IMG/VR virus record: IMGVR_UViG_3300045988_061841
Span: 1 to 30,854 of that record
Direction: 5' to 3' (one strand)
DNA: 30,854 bases
From: a virus
Position 1 is the stretch's first letter; each line of letters opens with the position of its first letter. This document shows positions 1 to 7,125 of the stretch, piece by piece. Both the position numbers and the translations under genes were made by a program. Below the pieces are notes generated by a model. The model did not search any database, was not told the origin of the DNA, and saw only the letters and a program-made list of their open reading frames with translations.

Positions 1-55
1 CCTGACGGATAATTCTATTACTTCAAATTATGAAATGAATGTAATTCTCGGTCTA
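1..55. repeat. 55-nt terminal direct repeat, identical to 30800-30854 (circular-contig overlap or terminal redundancy)
   Basis: First 55 nt (cctgacggataattctattacttcaaattatgaaatgaatgtaattctcggtcta) recur exactly at the very end of the window. The repeat overlaps the 3' end of the integrase ORF. Confidence 0.9.
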
Positions 56-1365
56 TCGTCTTCATCAAGGTCGATTCGGTCGACGGTCTGTTGCCAGAAT
101 TGCCGTCGCTGTTCTCTTGTCATCTTCTCATAATACGGACGAATGCCACTAGGGAAATAATAATTAAGCGGAGTAGAGGGCTGTATCTTCGGCGTTTCTA
201 CTTCGGCGATAGCCGCCGATAATTCGGCGTGAGTCTTTTTATACTCGTCCAAGTCGATAAGTTCGTTCAAGAACAGCTCTTTTAGTCTCGCAAGCTTACG
301 CTTTAACTTCTCTACGTCAGTCGTAACAGGCTGCGGCTTTTGCTTTTTCTTAACAGAATACTGAAAATCCCTATAAGCTTCATCGAAGGAGTCAAGAAGT
401 GATTCTTCAATCGTCTTTTCGGCAACTCGGCGGCGGTGAGTACAGGGCTTGAAGGGTGAAACACTCTGCGGACACTGATAATAATAGTAGGTCTTGCCGT
501 TGTTTTTCCCGACGCAACCTATACCGGTATACGGATGACCGCACATCGGACAGCGAATAAGACCCGTGAACAGGAATATCCGACCGGTCGGTGTCCGCTT
601 AATTAGTTTCTTAGACTTTATTATTTTCTGTGCCTTATAGAATAATTCTTCCGTGACTAGCGGCTGACAGAAGCTGGCATCGCCGCGGGATCGCCCTATG
701 TACCGTTCGTTCTTCAATACGTGGCTAATGCTCGCATACGTATAATAGAACCCGTGGCTGCACATCCAACGAGCCGCTTCGGTGAGATTCTGGGTTTTAA
801 CGAAATGCTCAAAAAGCGGCTGCACATACTTGGCGTTCTCATTCGGTACGAGTTTCTTGTCTTGAACACTATAGCCGAACGGTATCTTGCCACTGCATAT
901 TTCGTGCCTTGCCCGCTTCTGAGCGAACACAAAATGAATGCGGTCGCTTGTCATGTCTGACTCGTTCTGTGCGATTGAGAGTTTAATGTTCAGCATAAGC
1001 CGACCGTTCGTTGTGGTCGTATTATAGTCTTCTTGAGTGGTCTCCCAATCTACTTTGTGCGTATCCAGAATCTCTTGAGCCTTGTAATAATCTTTTACTG
1101 ACCTGAACCAACGGTCGAGCTTAATGAAGAGAACACGGTCAATTTTATTCTGTCGAATATCCTCAATTAATTGCTTGAAGGCACGACGGGAAAACGGCTT
1201 CTTCCGTGCTGACGCTCCGTCGTCGGTATAAACGCCGACTATATTGTATTTGTGCTTATCAGCGTAGCTTCTGAGGTCTGTAAGTTGTGCGTCAAGAGAT
1301 AAGCCCTGCCGTGCTTGCTCTTCAGTGCTTACGCGAATGTATAATGCGACTCGTTTATTCTTCAT
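28..1365 (-). CDS. large serine recombinase (phage integrase)
   Basis: 445 aa. The N-terminus (VALYIRVSTEEQ...GLSLDAQ) is a resolvase/invertase catalytic domain with the catalytic Ser motif. A recombinase domain follows, then a Cys-rich zinc ribbon (CPMCGHPYTG...CPQ...C) and a C-terminal coiled-coil region. SD ggaga lies upstream of the ATG on the - strand. Confidence 0.9.
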   Translation of the reverse strand: MKNKRVALYIRVSTEEQARQGLSLDAQLTDLRSYADKHKYNIVGVYTDDGASARKKPFSRRAFKQLIEDIRQNKIDRVLFIKLDRWFRSVKDYYKAQEILDTHKVDWETTQEDYNTTTTNGRLMLNIKLSIAQNESDMTSDRIHFVFAQKRARHEICSGKIPFGYSVQDKKLVPNENAKYVQPLFEHFVKTQNLTEAARWMCSHGFYYTYASISHVLKNERYIGRSRGDASFCQPLVTEELFYKAQKIIKSKKLIKRTPTGRIFLFTGLIRCPMCGHPYTGIGCVGKNNGKTYYYYQCPQSVSPFKPCTHRRRVAEKTIEESLLDSFDEAYRDFQYSVKKKQKPQPVTTDVEKLKRKLARLKELFLNELIDLDEYKKTHAELSAAIAEVETPKIQPSTPLNYYFPSGIRPYYEKMTREQRRQFWQQTVDRIDLDEDDRPRITFIS

Positions 1366-1386
1366 GTCATTCTCCGTATAAGTAAA

Positions 1387-1412
1387 CCCCGCACAGGCGG
1401 GGTCTTTTTTTT
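1387..1412. terminator. rho-independent terminator hairpin, bidirectional-looking, between int and repressor genes
   Basis: ccccgc-acag-gcgggg stem-loop followed by T8 on the + strand. An A-tract precedes it, so it can work in both directions. Confidence 0.6.
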
Positions 1413-2010
1413 AGTTTATTTCGCTTTGCTTTAACACCGCTAATCCCAAAACTTTAAAATCCGTACAATTCGACTCGCTGAATTGAAGCGGTGCATACTT
1501 CGGGTTTTCGGATACTAGCATAACCCCTGTATCTGTCTTGTAGAACCGCTTAATACATACCCGTTCGTTATCAATTTCGACGCAAGCTATTTTGCCATTC
1601 GGTACTTCAGGTTGAGCCTTAACAAAGACGATGTCGCCGTCATTAATGCCCGCGTTTATCATCGAGTCACCGCGGACGGTAATACAGAAGTCAACCGCAT
1701 ATCGTGAATCGGTTTCCACATAATACGTATCTTGCCCGTCTAGGTTTTCAAGTGGCTGACCAGCCGCCGCATATCCTAGCATAGGCACACGCTTCAGCGA
1801 GGGAACGAACACGGGAGCTGAACTATACAGCGTATCCATATTCACGTTGAAGTAATCGGCAATTGCTTCGAGAACCTCAAAGCTAGGTTTTCTTTTTCCG
1901 TTCTCGTACATACTAATTGAACTTTTTACAAGCTTTAATTCGCGGGCAAGGTCGTCTTGAGTCAATCCGCGAGACACTCGTAATTCTTTTAACCGCTTGG
2001 CAAAATCCAT
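1411..2010 (-). CDS. CI-like prophage repressor (XRE-family HTH fused to S24 LexA-like peptidase domain)
   Basis: The N-terminus (LKELRVSRGLTQDDLARELKLVKSSISMYENGKRKP) is an HTH. The C-terminus (VRGDSMINAGINDGDIVFVK...CIKRF) shows the Ser/Lys dyad of an S24 autopeptidase. It is divergent from the cro-like gene, and SD aaaaggag precedes the ATG. Confidence 0.9.
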   Translation of the reverse strand: MDFAKRLKELRVSRGLTQDDLARELKLVKSSISMYENGKRKPSFEVLEAIADYFNVNMDTLYSSAPVFVPSLKRVPMLGYAAAGQPLENLDGQDTYYVETDSRYAVDFCITVRGDSMINAGINDGDIVFVKAQPEVPNGKIACVEIDNERVCIKRFYKTDTGVMLVSENPKYAPLQFSESNCTDFKVLGLAVLKQSEIN

Positions 2011-2040
2011 AATGACACGCTCCTTTTAAAAGCATTTTAT

Positions 2041-2121
2041 CACTTTACGTGAAGAACATCAATAAAAATATTCACACAAAGTGTTGACAAGTTTGTGTAT
2101 GTGTTGTACACTTTATGTGAA
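2041..2121. promoter_or_regulatory. divergent PR/PRM-like promoter region with three 13-bp operators (consensus CACTTTnnGTGAA)
   Basis: O1 at 2041-2053 is cactttacgtgaa. O2 at 2071-2083 is ttcacacaaagtg, the reverse complement of cactttgtgtgaa. O3 at 2109-2121 is cactttatgtgaa. On the + strand, -35 TTGACA sits at 2084-2089, a 17-bp spacer follows, then -10 TACACT at 2107-2112 overlapping O3. On the - strand, an extended -10 TGtGAATAT (rc of 2069-2077) overlaps O2. Confidence 0.65.
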
Positions 2122-2140
2122 CAGGAGGTGACAAACGAAA

Positions 2141-2350
2141 ATGTTCGATAAAAAAGTTATTGCCAAAAAACTTATAGAGTTGCGGCAAAAAAAGCAAAAG
2201 ACCCAACAAGAGGTCGCCAATGCTGTAGGCATATCAGTATCGGCTATTGCTATGTACGAAGCTGGGGACAGAGTGCCTAGAGATGAAGTGAAGCTAGCAC
2301 TTGCACAATATTACAAGACCTCAGTAGGGCATATTTTTTTTAACACCTAG
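2141..2350 (+). CDS. Cro-like XRE-family HTH regulator
   Basis: 69 aa with the HTH TQQEVANAVGISVSAIAMYEAG. It is the first gene of the rightward early operon, and SD acaggaggtg precedes it. Confidence 0.85.
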   Translation: MFDKKVIAKKLIELRQKKQKTQQEVANAVGISVSAIAMYEAGDRVPRDEVKLALAQYYKTSVGHIFFNT

Positions 2351-2386
2351 TTCACTTAAAGTGATTAAAGAAGAAAGGGAAAATGA

Positions 2387-2524
2387 ATGAATCAGGAAGT
2401 TGAATTTATTAATTTTAGTCCTGAGAGGGTAATTGAAGTCGCCGTAAATATCCTTTATGGGAACGACAATGAAGTGTTGGTCGTAGAAAGCGACAAACGC
2501 ACGGGACACAATGTTCAGCAGTGA
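2387..2524 (+). CDS. small hypothetical protein (45 aa), not in the ORF track
   Basis: ATG at 2387 preceded by gaaagggaaa. Translation is MNQEVEFINFSPERVIEVAVNILYGNDNEVLVVESDKRTGHNVQQ. It fills the cro-ant gap in the operon orientation. Confidence 0.35.
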   Translation: MNQEVEFINFSPERVIEVAVNILYGNDNEVLVVESDKRTGHNVQQ

Positions 2525-2545
2525 ATTTAGAGAGGAGCGTAGAGG

Positions 2546-3313
2546 ATGAACCAATTACAAGTTTTTAACAACACGGAGTTCGGGCGAGTCCGGACAATGG
2601 TGATTAGCGGATCTCCTTGGTTTGTAGCAAAGGATGTTTGCGAGTGCTTAGACATTAATAATTCACGGCAAGCATTAGCAAGGTTGGACAGTGATGAAAA
2701 GAATAGTGTCATTTTAAATGACGGTACTCCGGGGAACCCTGAAAAAGGGATTGTTAACGAATACGGCTTATACAGCCTAGTGCTTTCAAGTCGAAAACCT
2801 TCAGCGAAAGCGTTCAAACGCTGGATAACTCACGAAGTAATCCCGACAATTCGTAAGCACGGAGCGTATATGACTGGTGAAACACTGGAACAGGCGTTAA
2901 CATCACCGGATTTTCTCATCAGATTAGCAACAGAACTCAAGACTGAACAAGAAGCACGAAAAACGGCAGAAGCACAGATTGAAGCGGATAAGCCGAAAGT
3001 CTTATTTGCGGATTCAGTCGCCGCAAGTCACGGCAGTATCTTGGTTGGTGAGTTGGCAAAGTTGCTTAATCAGAACGGAATCGATATCGGACAGAACCGA
3101 TTATTTAACTGGCTGCGTGAGAATGGATATCTGATTTGCCGCAAGGGTACAGATTACAACATGCCGACTCAAAGAAGCATGGAAATGCAGTTATTCAACA
3201 TTAAGGAAACGGCAATCACGCATAGTGACGGGCATGTTTCTATTAGTAAGACGGTGAAAGTCACAGGTAAAGGGCAAGTGTATTTTGTTAACAAATTCTT
3301 AAAAGGAGCGTAA
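2546..3313 (+). CDS. phage antirepressor (Bro-N domain + KilAC/ANT C-terminal domain)
   Basis: The N-terminus (FGRVRTMVISGSPWFVAKDVCECL...NEYGLYSLVLSSRKPSAKAFKRWITHEVIPTIRKHGAY) matches the Bro-N consensus. The C-terminus (ELAKLLNQNGIDIGQNRLFNWLRENGYL) is ANT-like. Confidence 0.85.
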   Translation: MNQLQVFNNTEFGRVRTMVISGSPWFVAKDVCECLDINNSRQALARLDSDEKNSVILNDGTPGNPEKGIVNEYGLYSLVLSSRKPSAKAFKRWITHEVIPTIRKHGAYMTGETLEQALTSPDFLIRLATELKTEQEARKTAEAQIEADKPKVLFADSVAASHGSILVGELAKLLNQNGIDIGQNRLFNWLRENGYLICRKGTDYNMPTQRSMEMQLFNIKETAITHSDGHVSISKTVKVTGKGQVYFVNKFLKGA

Positions 3314-3316
3314 ACG

Positions 3317-3490
3317 ATGAGAAAACAAGCGGTACTTACCGCACCGCCCGCATGGGTCAACAGCCGCCATGGTCTGACAAAAGGAAAGGCGATCCGTTTA
3401 GAAGAAGAAAGCGAGGTAAGCGAATGGAAAGAAACCGCAGCCATATGGCTGTATATCGGCGGCATGATTATTTTCGCCGCAGCACTGTAA
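3317..3490 (+). CDS. small membrane protein (57 aa), preferred over the overlapping track ORF 3352-3558
   Basis: A strong SD (aaaaggagcg) lies 8 nt upstream of the ATG at 3317. The product MRKQAVLTAPPAWVNSRHGLTKGKAIRLEEESEVSEWKETAAIWLYIGGMIIFAAAL has a C-terminal hydrophobic helix. Confidence 0.5.
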   Translation: MRKQAVLTAPPAWVNSRHGLTKGKAIRLEEESEVSEWKETAAIWLYIGGMIIFAAAL

Positions 3491-3559
3491 ACAAAAAAAG
3501 AGCCGTGACGGCGGCAACCATCACGACTCAAACTAAAAACAACTCAAGGAGATTATAAC

Positions 3560-3832
3560 ATGACTGGAAAAGAATATAAAGCACGTGAAGAACGGTTATA
3601 TAAAGCCATACAGGCAATAGCTGAAAAGGCTTTATGTGTCGCTTCGGGCGGTAGAACGCTTGTAGACGGTGCTTACAAGAACGAAACGGAAGCATTCCGT
3701 TACCGCAAGCACCTTAACAACGCAGAGTACGGATTTGAAGACCTGTTTAACCATGTCGGCGAACTTGGCAAGGTTCTTGAAGAACTTGAAGAAGAATACG
3801 AGGAGGAAAAAGAAAATGGCAACGCTTTATAA
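3560..3832 (+). CDS. hypothetical early protein with acidic C-terminal tail
   Basis: 90 aa, SD caaggag precedes the start, and the C-terminus is LEELEEEYEEEKENG. Confidence 0.6.
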   Translation: MTGKEYKAREERLYKAIQAIAEKALCVASGGRTLVDGAYKNETEAFRYRKHLNNAEYGFEDLFNHVGELGKVLEELEEEYEEEKENGNAL

Positions 3833-4304
3833 CATTAATCAGGAATTACTTAACTGCATTACGGTAGAAGACGGCACGACGGTTAACGCCGAAACAGGCG
3901 AAGTAATCGACGTAGCCGCATTGGAAGCATTGGAGCTTGAACGGAGCGAAAAAATCCGCAACATAGCTTTATGGATTAAGAATTTGAAATCAGACGCTGT
4001 AGCACTGGACGCGGAAGAAAAAGTCTTCAAAGCCCGTAAGGACGCGGCAAAACGCAAGGCTGAACAATTGAGCAAATACCTTGCCGACGTGCTGAACGGC
4101 GAAAAAGTGACCGGCACGGACTTCGCAATCAGTTGGCGTAAATCGACAGCTGTCAACGTCTTGGACGAGAAGGCAATCCCGCCGACGTTCTTAATCCCGC
4201 AACCGCCGAAGGTTGACAAGACGGGAATAAGCAAGGCGTTGAAGAACGGCGAAACCGTGAGCGGTGCGGAGTTAATAGAACGGCAGAACATGACAATTAA
4301 ATAA
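3816..4304 (+). CDS. siphovirus Gp157-family protein (recombination-associated, often paired with Sak)
   Basis: The ATG at 3816 follows SD gaggagga; the track ORF starting at 3669 is an upstream extension. The sequence MATLYNINQELLN...FAISWRKS...KVDK looks Gp157-like, and the gene sits immediately upstream of a Rad52-like SSAP. Confidence 0.55.
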   Translation: MATLYNINQELLNCITVEDGTTVNAETGEVIDVAALEALELERSEKIRNIALWIKNLKSDAVALDAEEKVFKARKDAAKRKAEQLSKYLADVLNGEKVTGTDFAISWRKSTAVNVLDEKAIPPTFLIPQPPKVDKTGISKALKNGETVSGAELIERQNMTIK

Positions 4305-4308
4305 GGCG

Positions 4309-5007
4309 GTGAAGAAGATGAAAGAAATACCGTTATTGACGGCTAATGATGTTGAGTGCCGCATAAAGAAGATAACGAATGAAGGAGCAGTCCTTTTACT
4401 GTATAAGACTGCAAGGGTTGATATGCGTATCCTCGACGAGGTGTACGGGTCAATGAATTGGCAACGACACCACGAGGTGATAAACGGCAATTTGTTCTGC
4501 ACTATATCGGTGTGGGACAGCAAAAAATCTCAGTGGGTAAGCAAACAAGACGTAGGGACGGAAAGCAATGCCGAAGCGGAGAAGGGGCAAGCGTCTGACG
4601 CATTTAAGCGGGCGGGGTTTGCGTGGGGTATAGGTCGTGAATTGTATGACGCTCCGTTTATTTGGATATCTGGGAAGGTCAGCAAGTACGACCGCTTCCA
4701 TGTAACTGATATCCGGTATGACAGAGAGAAGCAAGCGTTTACCCGGCTCGTGATTTTCGACGATAAGGGCAAAGAACGGTATCGCCTGAACGGAACGAAA
4801 ACGGATCGCCCGCAACCGACAGATGACCGCCGACAAAAGGGCATTGCGGCAATCGTTGAACTCGTGAAGAAGAATAACGCAGCCGAAGCCTTCACTGACT
4901 TCTTGAAGCAAACAACGAAAAAGGACGACTTAAACGCCTTGACCATTGCAGAACTACAAAGCGTATATAAGGGCTTTAAAAAGTGGCTTGAAGGCGGCAA
5001 ACAATGA
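4309..5007 (+). CDS. single-strand annealing protein, Rad52/Sak-like
   Basis: 232 aa. The motif SDAFKRAGFAWGIGRELY resembles the Rad52-family K-R-A...G-I-G-R-x-L-Y signature. The gene sits in a recombination module with Gp157. Confidence 0.55.
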   Translation: MKKMKEIPLLTANDVECRIKKITNEGAVLLLYKTARVDMRILDEVYGSMNWQRHHEVINGNLFCTISVWDSKKSQWVSKQDVGTESNAEAEKGQASDAFKRAGFAWGIGRELYDAPFIWISGKVSKYDRFHVTDIRYDREKQAFTRLVIFDDKGKERYRLNGTKTDRPQPTDDRRQKGIAAIVELVKKNNAAEAFTDFLKQTTKKDDLNALTIAELQSVYKGFKKWLEGGKQ

Positions 5008-5570
5008 AGTTTACAGCTAAAGGAATACAGGTAATTAAGTCTTTCGGAGTCGGGTTATTCATTCCGTCTCCGAAAGACAACGAATTATCACAGATAGACG
5101 AATCGCAAGAATATACAGTTGAGATAAAGAAAGCATGCAAAAAAAGAAGCCTAAATGCCAATGCTTTTTGTTGGGTCTTGTGCCAAAGAATCGCGGAGCA
5201 TTTAAGCCGTGACGGGCAGTATTCAAGCCGCGAGGACGTGTACCGCAAAGCAATAAAGGACTGCGGACATTTTACGCCGATACCCGTTAAAGCGGAAGCG
5301 GTTGAGCGATTCAAGGCAATATGGGCGGCTCATGGTATTGGGTGGTTGACCGAAGACCTTGGAGAAGCGAGGAAGTCGAAAGGGTACAGAGTATTGGCAG
5401 CTTATCACGGGTCAAGCACTTACGACACCACAGAGATGACGCGATTAATTGACTGCTTGGCTGATGAGTGCAGCCAACTGGGTATACGGCTCGAACCGCC
5501 TGAATACATGCAATCACTACTTAACGACTGGGGGCAAACAAATGATAGTCAATCAGTACGGAACGTATAG
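5004..5570 (+). CDS. NinB/Orf-like recombination protein
   Basis: 188 aa. KKRSLNANAFCWVLCQRIAEH resembles the lambda NinB motif RSLDQNRKLWACLGDVS. Confidence 0.45.
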   Translation: MKFTAKGIQVIKSFGVGLFIPSPKDNELSQIDESQEYTVEIKKACKKRSLNANAFCWVLCQRIAEHLSRDGQYSSREDVYRKAIKDCGHFTPIPVKAEAVERFKAIWAAHGIGWLTEDLGEARKSKGYRVLAAYHGSSTYDTTEMTRLIDCLADECSQLGIRLEPPEYMQSLLNDWGQTNDSQSVRNV

Positions 5571-5976
5571 AGAACACGGACACCGACATACACGACTGTA
5601 TAACATATGGAGCGGGATAAAGGCCCGTTGCAACCGCCGTAACAACCCTGATTACAAGCTTTACGGAGCAAGGGGCATACGGGTATGCGACGAATGGAAC
5701 GACTTCATGAAGTTTTACGACTGGGCGATATCGAACGGATACAGCGAAACGCTTACAATCGACCGTATTAACACGGACGGGGATTACACGCCGAGCAATT
5801 GCCGATGGGTCAACTGGAAGACGCAAGCGAATAACAAGAGGAACAATCACATGATTACGTTCCGCGGGAAGCGGGCAACCTTGCAACAGTGGGCAGATGT
5901 TATAGGGATTAAGGCAAATACCCTACTTTACCGACTTCGCCGAGGTTGGAGCGTGGAAAGGGCGTTAACGACATGA
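5542..5976 (+). CDS. homing-endonuclease-like DNA-binding protein (HNH_3-like degenerate motif + C-terminal HTH)
   Basis: The ATG at 5542 follows a GGGGG SD; the track ORF starting at 5449 is an extension. Motifs are YNIWSGIKARC...YGARGIRVCDEW, then TIDRINTDGDYTPSNCRWVNWKTQANN (HNH_3-like but lacking the first His), then a C-terminal HTH-like stretch WADVIGIKANTLLYRL. Confidence 0.5.
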   Translation: MIVNQYGTYREHGHRHTRLYNIWSGIKARCNRRNNPDYKLYGARGIRVCDEWNDFMKFYDWAISNGYSETLTIDRINTDGDYTPSNCRWVNWKTQANNKRNNHMITFRGKRATLQQWADVIGIKANTLLYRLRRGWSVERALTT

Positions 5977-6251
5977 ACAAGAATACAAAGCAAGATAGGG
6001 AACTATTTCGCAAGACGAAGTGGCAAGCGATTGAGCGAGATGGAAATTGTTGCGTGATATGCGGCAAATACGGGTGGGATGCTCACCATATCGTATTTCG
6101 CAGCCAAGGCGGCAAAAGCACGCTTGATAATCTCGTGTGTTTATGTAGAGAGTGTCACAACACGAAGGCACACGGCGTAAAGGCAAGGGAATACAGGGCG
6201 TTTTTTCAGTCGTATATCGACAGATTAAAAGGGGGCGAGCCTACTGAGTGA
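5973..6251 (+). CDS. HNH endonuclease
   Basis: The start overlaps the upstream stop in an ATGA arrangement. The motif CCVICGKYGWDAHHIVFRSQGGKSTLDNLVCLCRECHNTKAH is a classic HNH (C-x2-C ... HH ... N ... C-x2-C-H). Confidence 0.85.
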   Translation: MNKNTKQDRELFRKTKWQAIERDGNCCVICGKYGWDAHHIVFRSQGGKSTLDNLVCLCRECHNTKAHGVKAREYRAFFQSYIDRLKGGEPTE

Positions 6252-6306
6252 CAACAAGAAATATTACTACATACGGCTCAAAGATAGCTTTTTCGACTCC
6301 GATGAA

Positions 6307-7125
6307 ATGAAGGTAATGGAGTCAATGAAAGACGGCTACCTATACGGCAATATCTTACTCAAGCTGTACTTGCGGTCACTAAAAAACAACGGGTGCTTAA
6401 TGCTCAATGACCGAATACCGTATAACGCTGAAATGCTTGCCACTATTACAGGTCATCAAGTCGGAACAGTTAAACAGGCATTGACGGTTTTTAAAGACTT
6501 AGGGTTAATCGAAGTTCTCGACAACGGGGCAATATATATGCTCGATATTCAGAACTTTATCGGCAACGGTAGTAGCGACGGAGACAGTAAGAGAGCCAAT
6601 AGAAGAGGTATTGTGGACAAATGTCCGACAAATGTCCGACAAATGTCCACCAGAGATAGAGATATAGATAGAGTTAGAGATAAAGATAAAGACAGAAATA
6701 AAGATAGAGATAAAGACAGAGATAGAGATACGGAAAACATTATATCCTTCCTCAACTCAACTACTGGGAGTAAGTACAAGGCTTCAACAGACAAGACCCG
6801 TAGGCTAATTGCCGCACGGCTTGCAGAAGGCTTTACCTTGGAAGACTTTAAGACGGTCATAAGCAAGAAAGCCAAAGAATGGCAAGGAACGGATATGGCT
6901 CAATATTTGAGACCTGAAACGCTGTTCGGCACGAAGTTTGAGGGATACCTTAATCAACCCGAAGTACGGAACAATAGGCGATCACCTACAAGCCGGGCAG
7001 AGCAAGAACGGCAAGAAGCAATAAACGTTGTGAATGAATTAATTGCAGAATACGAAGAAGAGGAGCGACAAAATGGACAAAGTAAGCACGACGAAAGCAA
7101 TAGCACCGCTTCAATTGGCTTTTAA
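6307..7125 (+). CDS. phage replisome organizer (Phage_rep_org_N-like). ATG-delimited ORF; the conserved N-terminal motif extends upstream to about 6244 without an ATG/GTG/TTG
   Basis: LYGNILLKLYLRSLKNNGCLML...IPYNAEMLATITGHQVGTVKQALTVFKDLGLIEVLDNGAIYMLDIQNFIG matches the replisome-organizer N-domain. The in-frame upstream codons encode KKYYYIRLKDSFFDSDE, the YYWLKLK-DFF hallmark. The gene carries an internal RD/KD low-complexity linker and iterons. Confidence 0.8.
   Translation: MKVMESMKDGYLYGNILLKLYLRSLKNNGCLMLNDRIPYNAEMLATITGHQVGTVKQALTVFKDLGLIEVLDNGAIYMLDIQNFIGNGSSDGDSKRANRRGIVDKCPTNVRQMSTRDRDIDRVRDKDKDRNKDRDKDRDRDTENIISFLNSTTGSKYKASTDKTRRLIAARLAEGFTLEDFKTVISKKAKEWQGTDMAQYLRPETLFGTKFEGYLNQPEVRNNRRSPTSRAEQERQEAINVVNELIAEYEEEERQNGQSKHDESNSTASIGF
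6616..6648. repeat. 3 tandem copies of the 11-bp unit gacaaatgtcc (candidate origin iterons inside the replisome organizer gene)
   Basis: Perfect tandem triplet. Each unit contains the small inverted repeat GACA..TGTC. Confidence 0.85.
6653..6730. repeat. degenerate (AGATA/AGACA)n purine-rich repeat tract encoding an (RD/KD)n linker; part of the putative ori
   Basis: gagatagagatatagatagagttagagataaagataaagacagaaataaagatagagataaagacagagatagagata. Confidence 0.8.

Noticed and set aside
1-55. The 55-nt end repeats as attL/attR of an integrated prophage
   Set aside because: The integrase is a serine recombinase, which yields only a tiny identical core at the att sites. The window begins and ends exactly on the repeat with no host flank. 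The repeat length fits an assembler k-mer overlap of a circular molecule.
3352-3558. Track ORF of 68 aa (highly basic, RRRKRGKR)
   Set aside because: No RBS. The overlapping frame starting at 3317 has an excellent SD and encodes a plausible small membrane protein, so it is preferred.
3669-3815. N-terminal 49-aa extension of the Gp157-like ORF
   Set aside because: The extension overlaps the preceding gene and has no RBS. An internal ATG at 3816 with SD gaggagga starts the recognisable domain.
5449-5541. Upstream extension of the HNH_3-like ORF
   Set aside because: It overlaps the NinB-like gene by more than 90 nt and has no RBS. The ATG at 5542 is preceded by a GGGGG SD.
6638-6650. DnaA-box-like sequence (atgtccacc) at the end of the iteron triplet
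   Set aside because: Only about 6 of 9 positions match TTATCCACA. Insufficient.
6549-6875. Minus-strand ORF encoding SLSLSLSL repeats
   Set aside because: It is simply the reverse-complement reading of the (AGATA)n iteron tract inside the replisome organizer gene.
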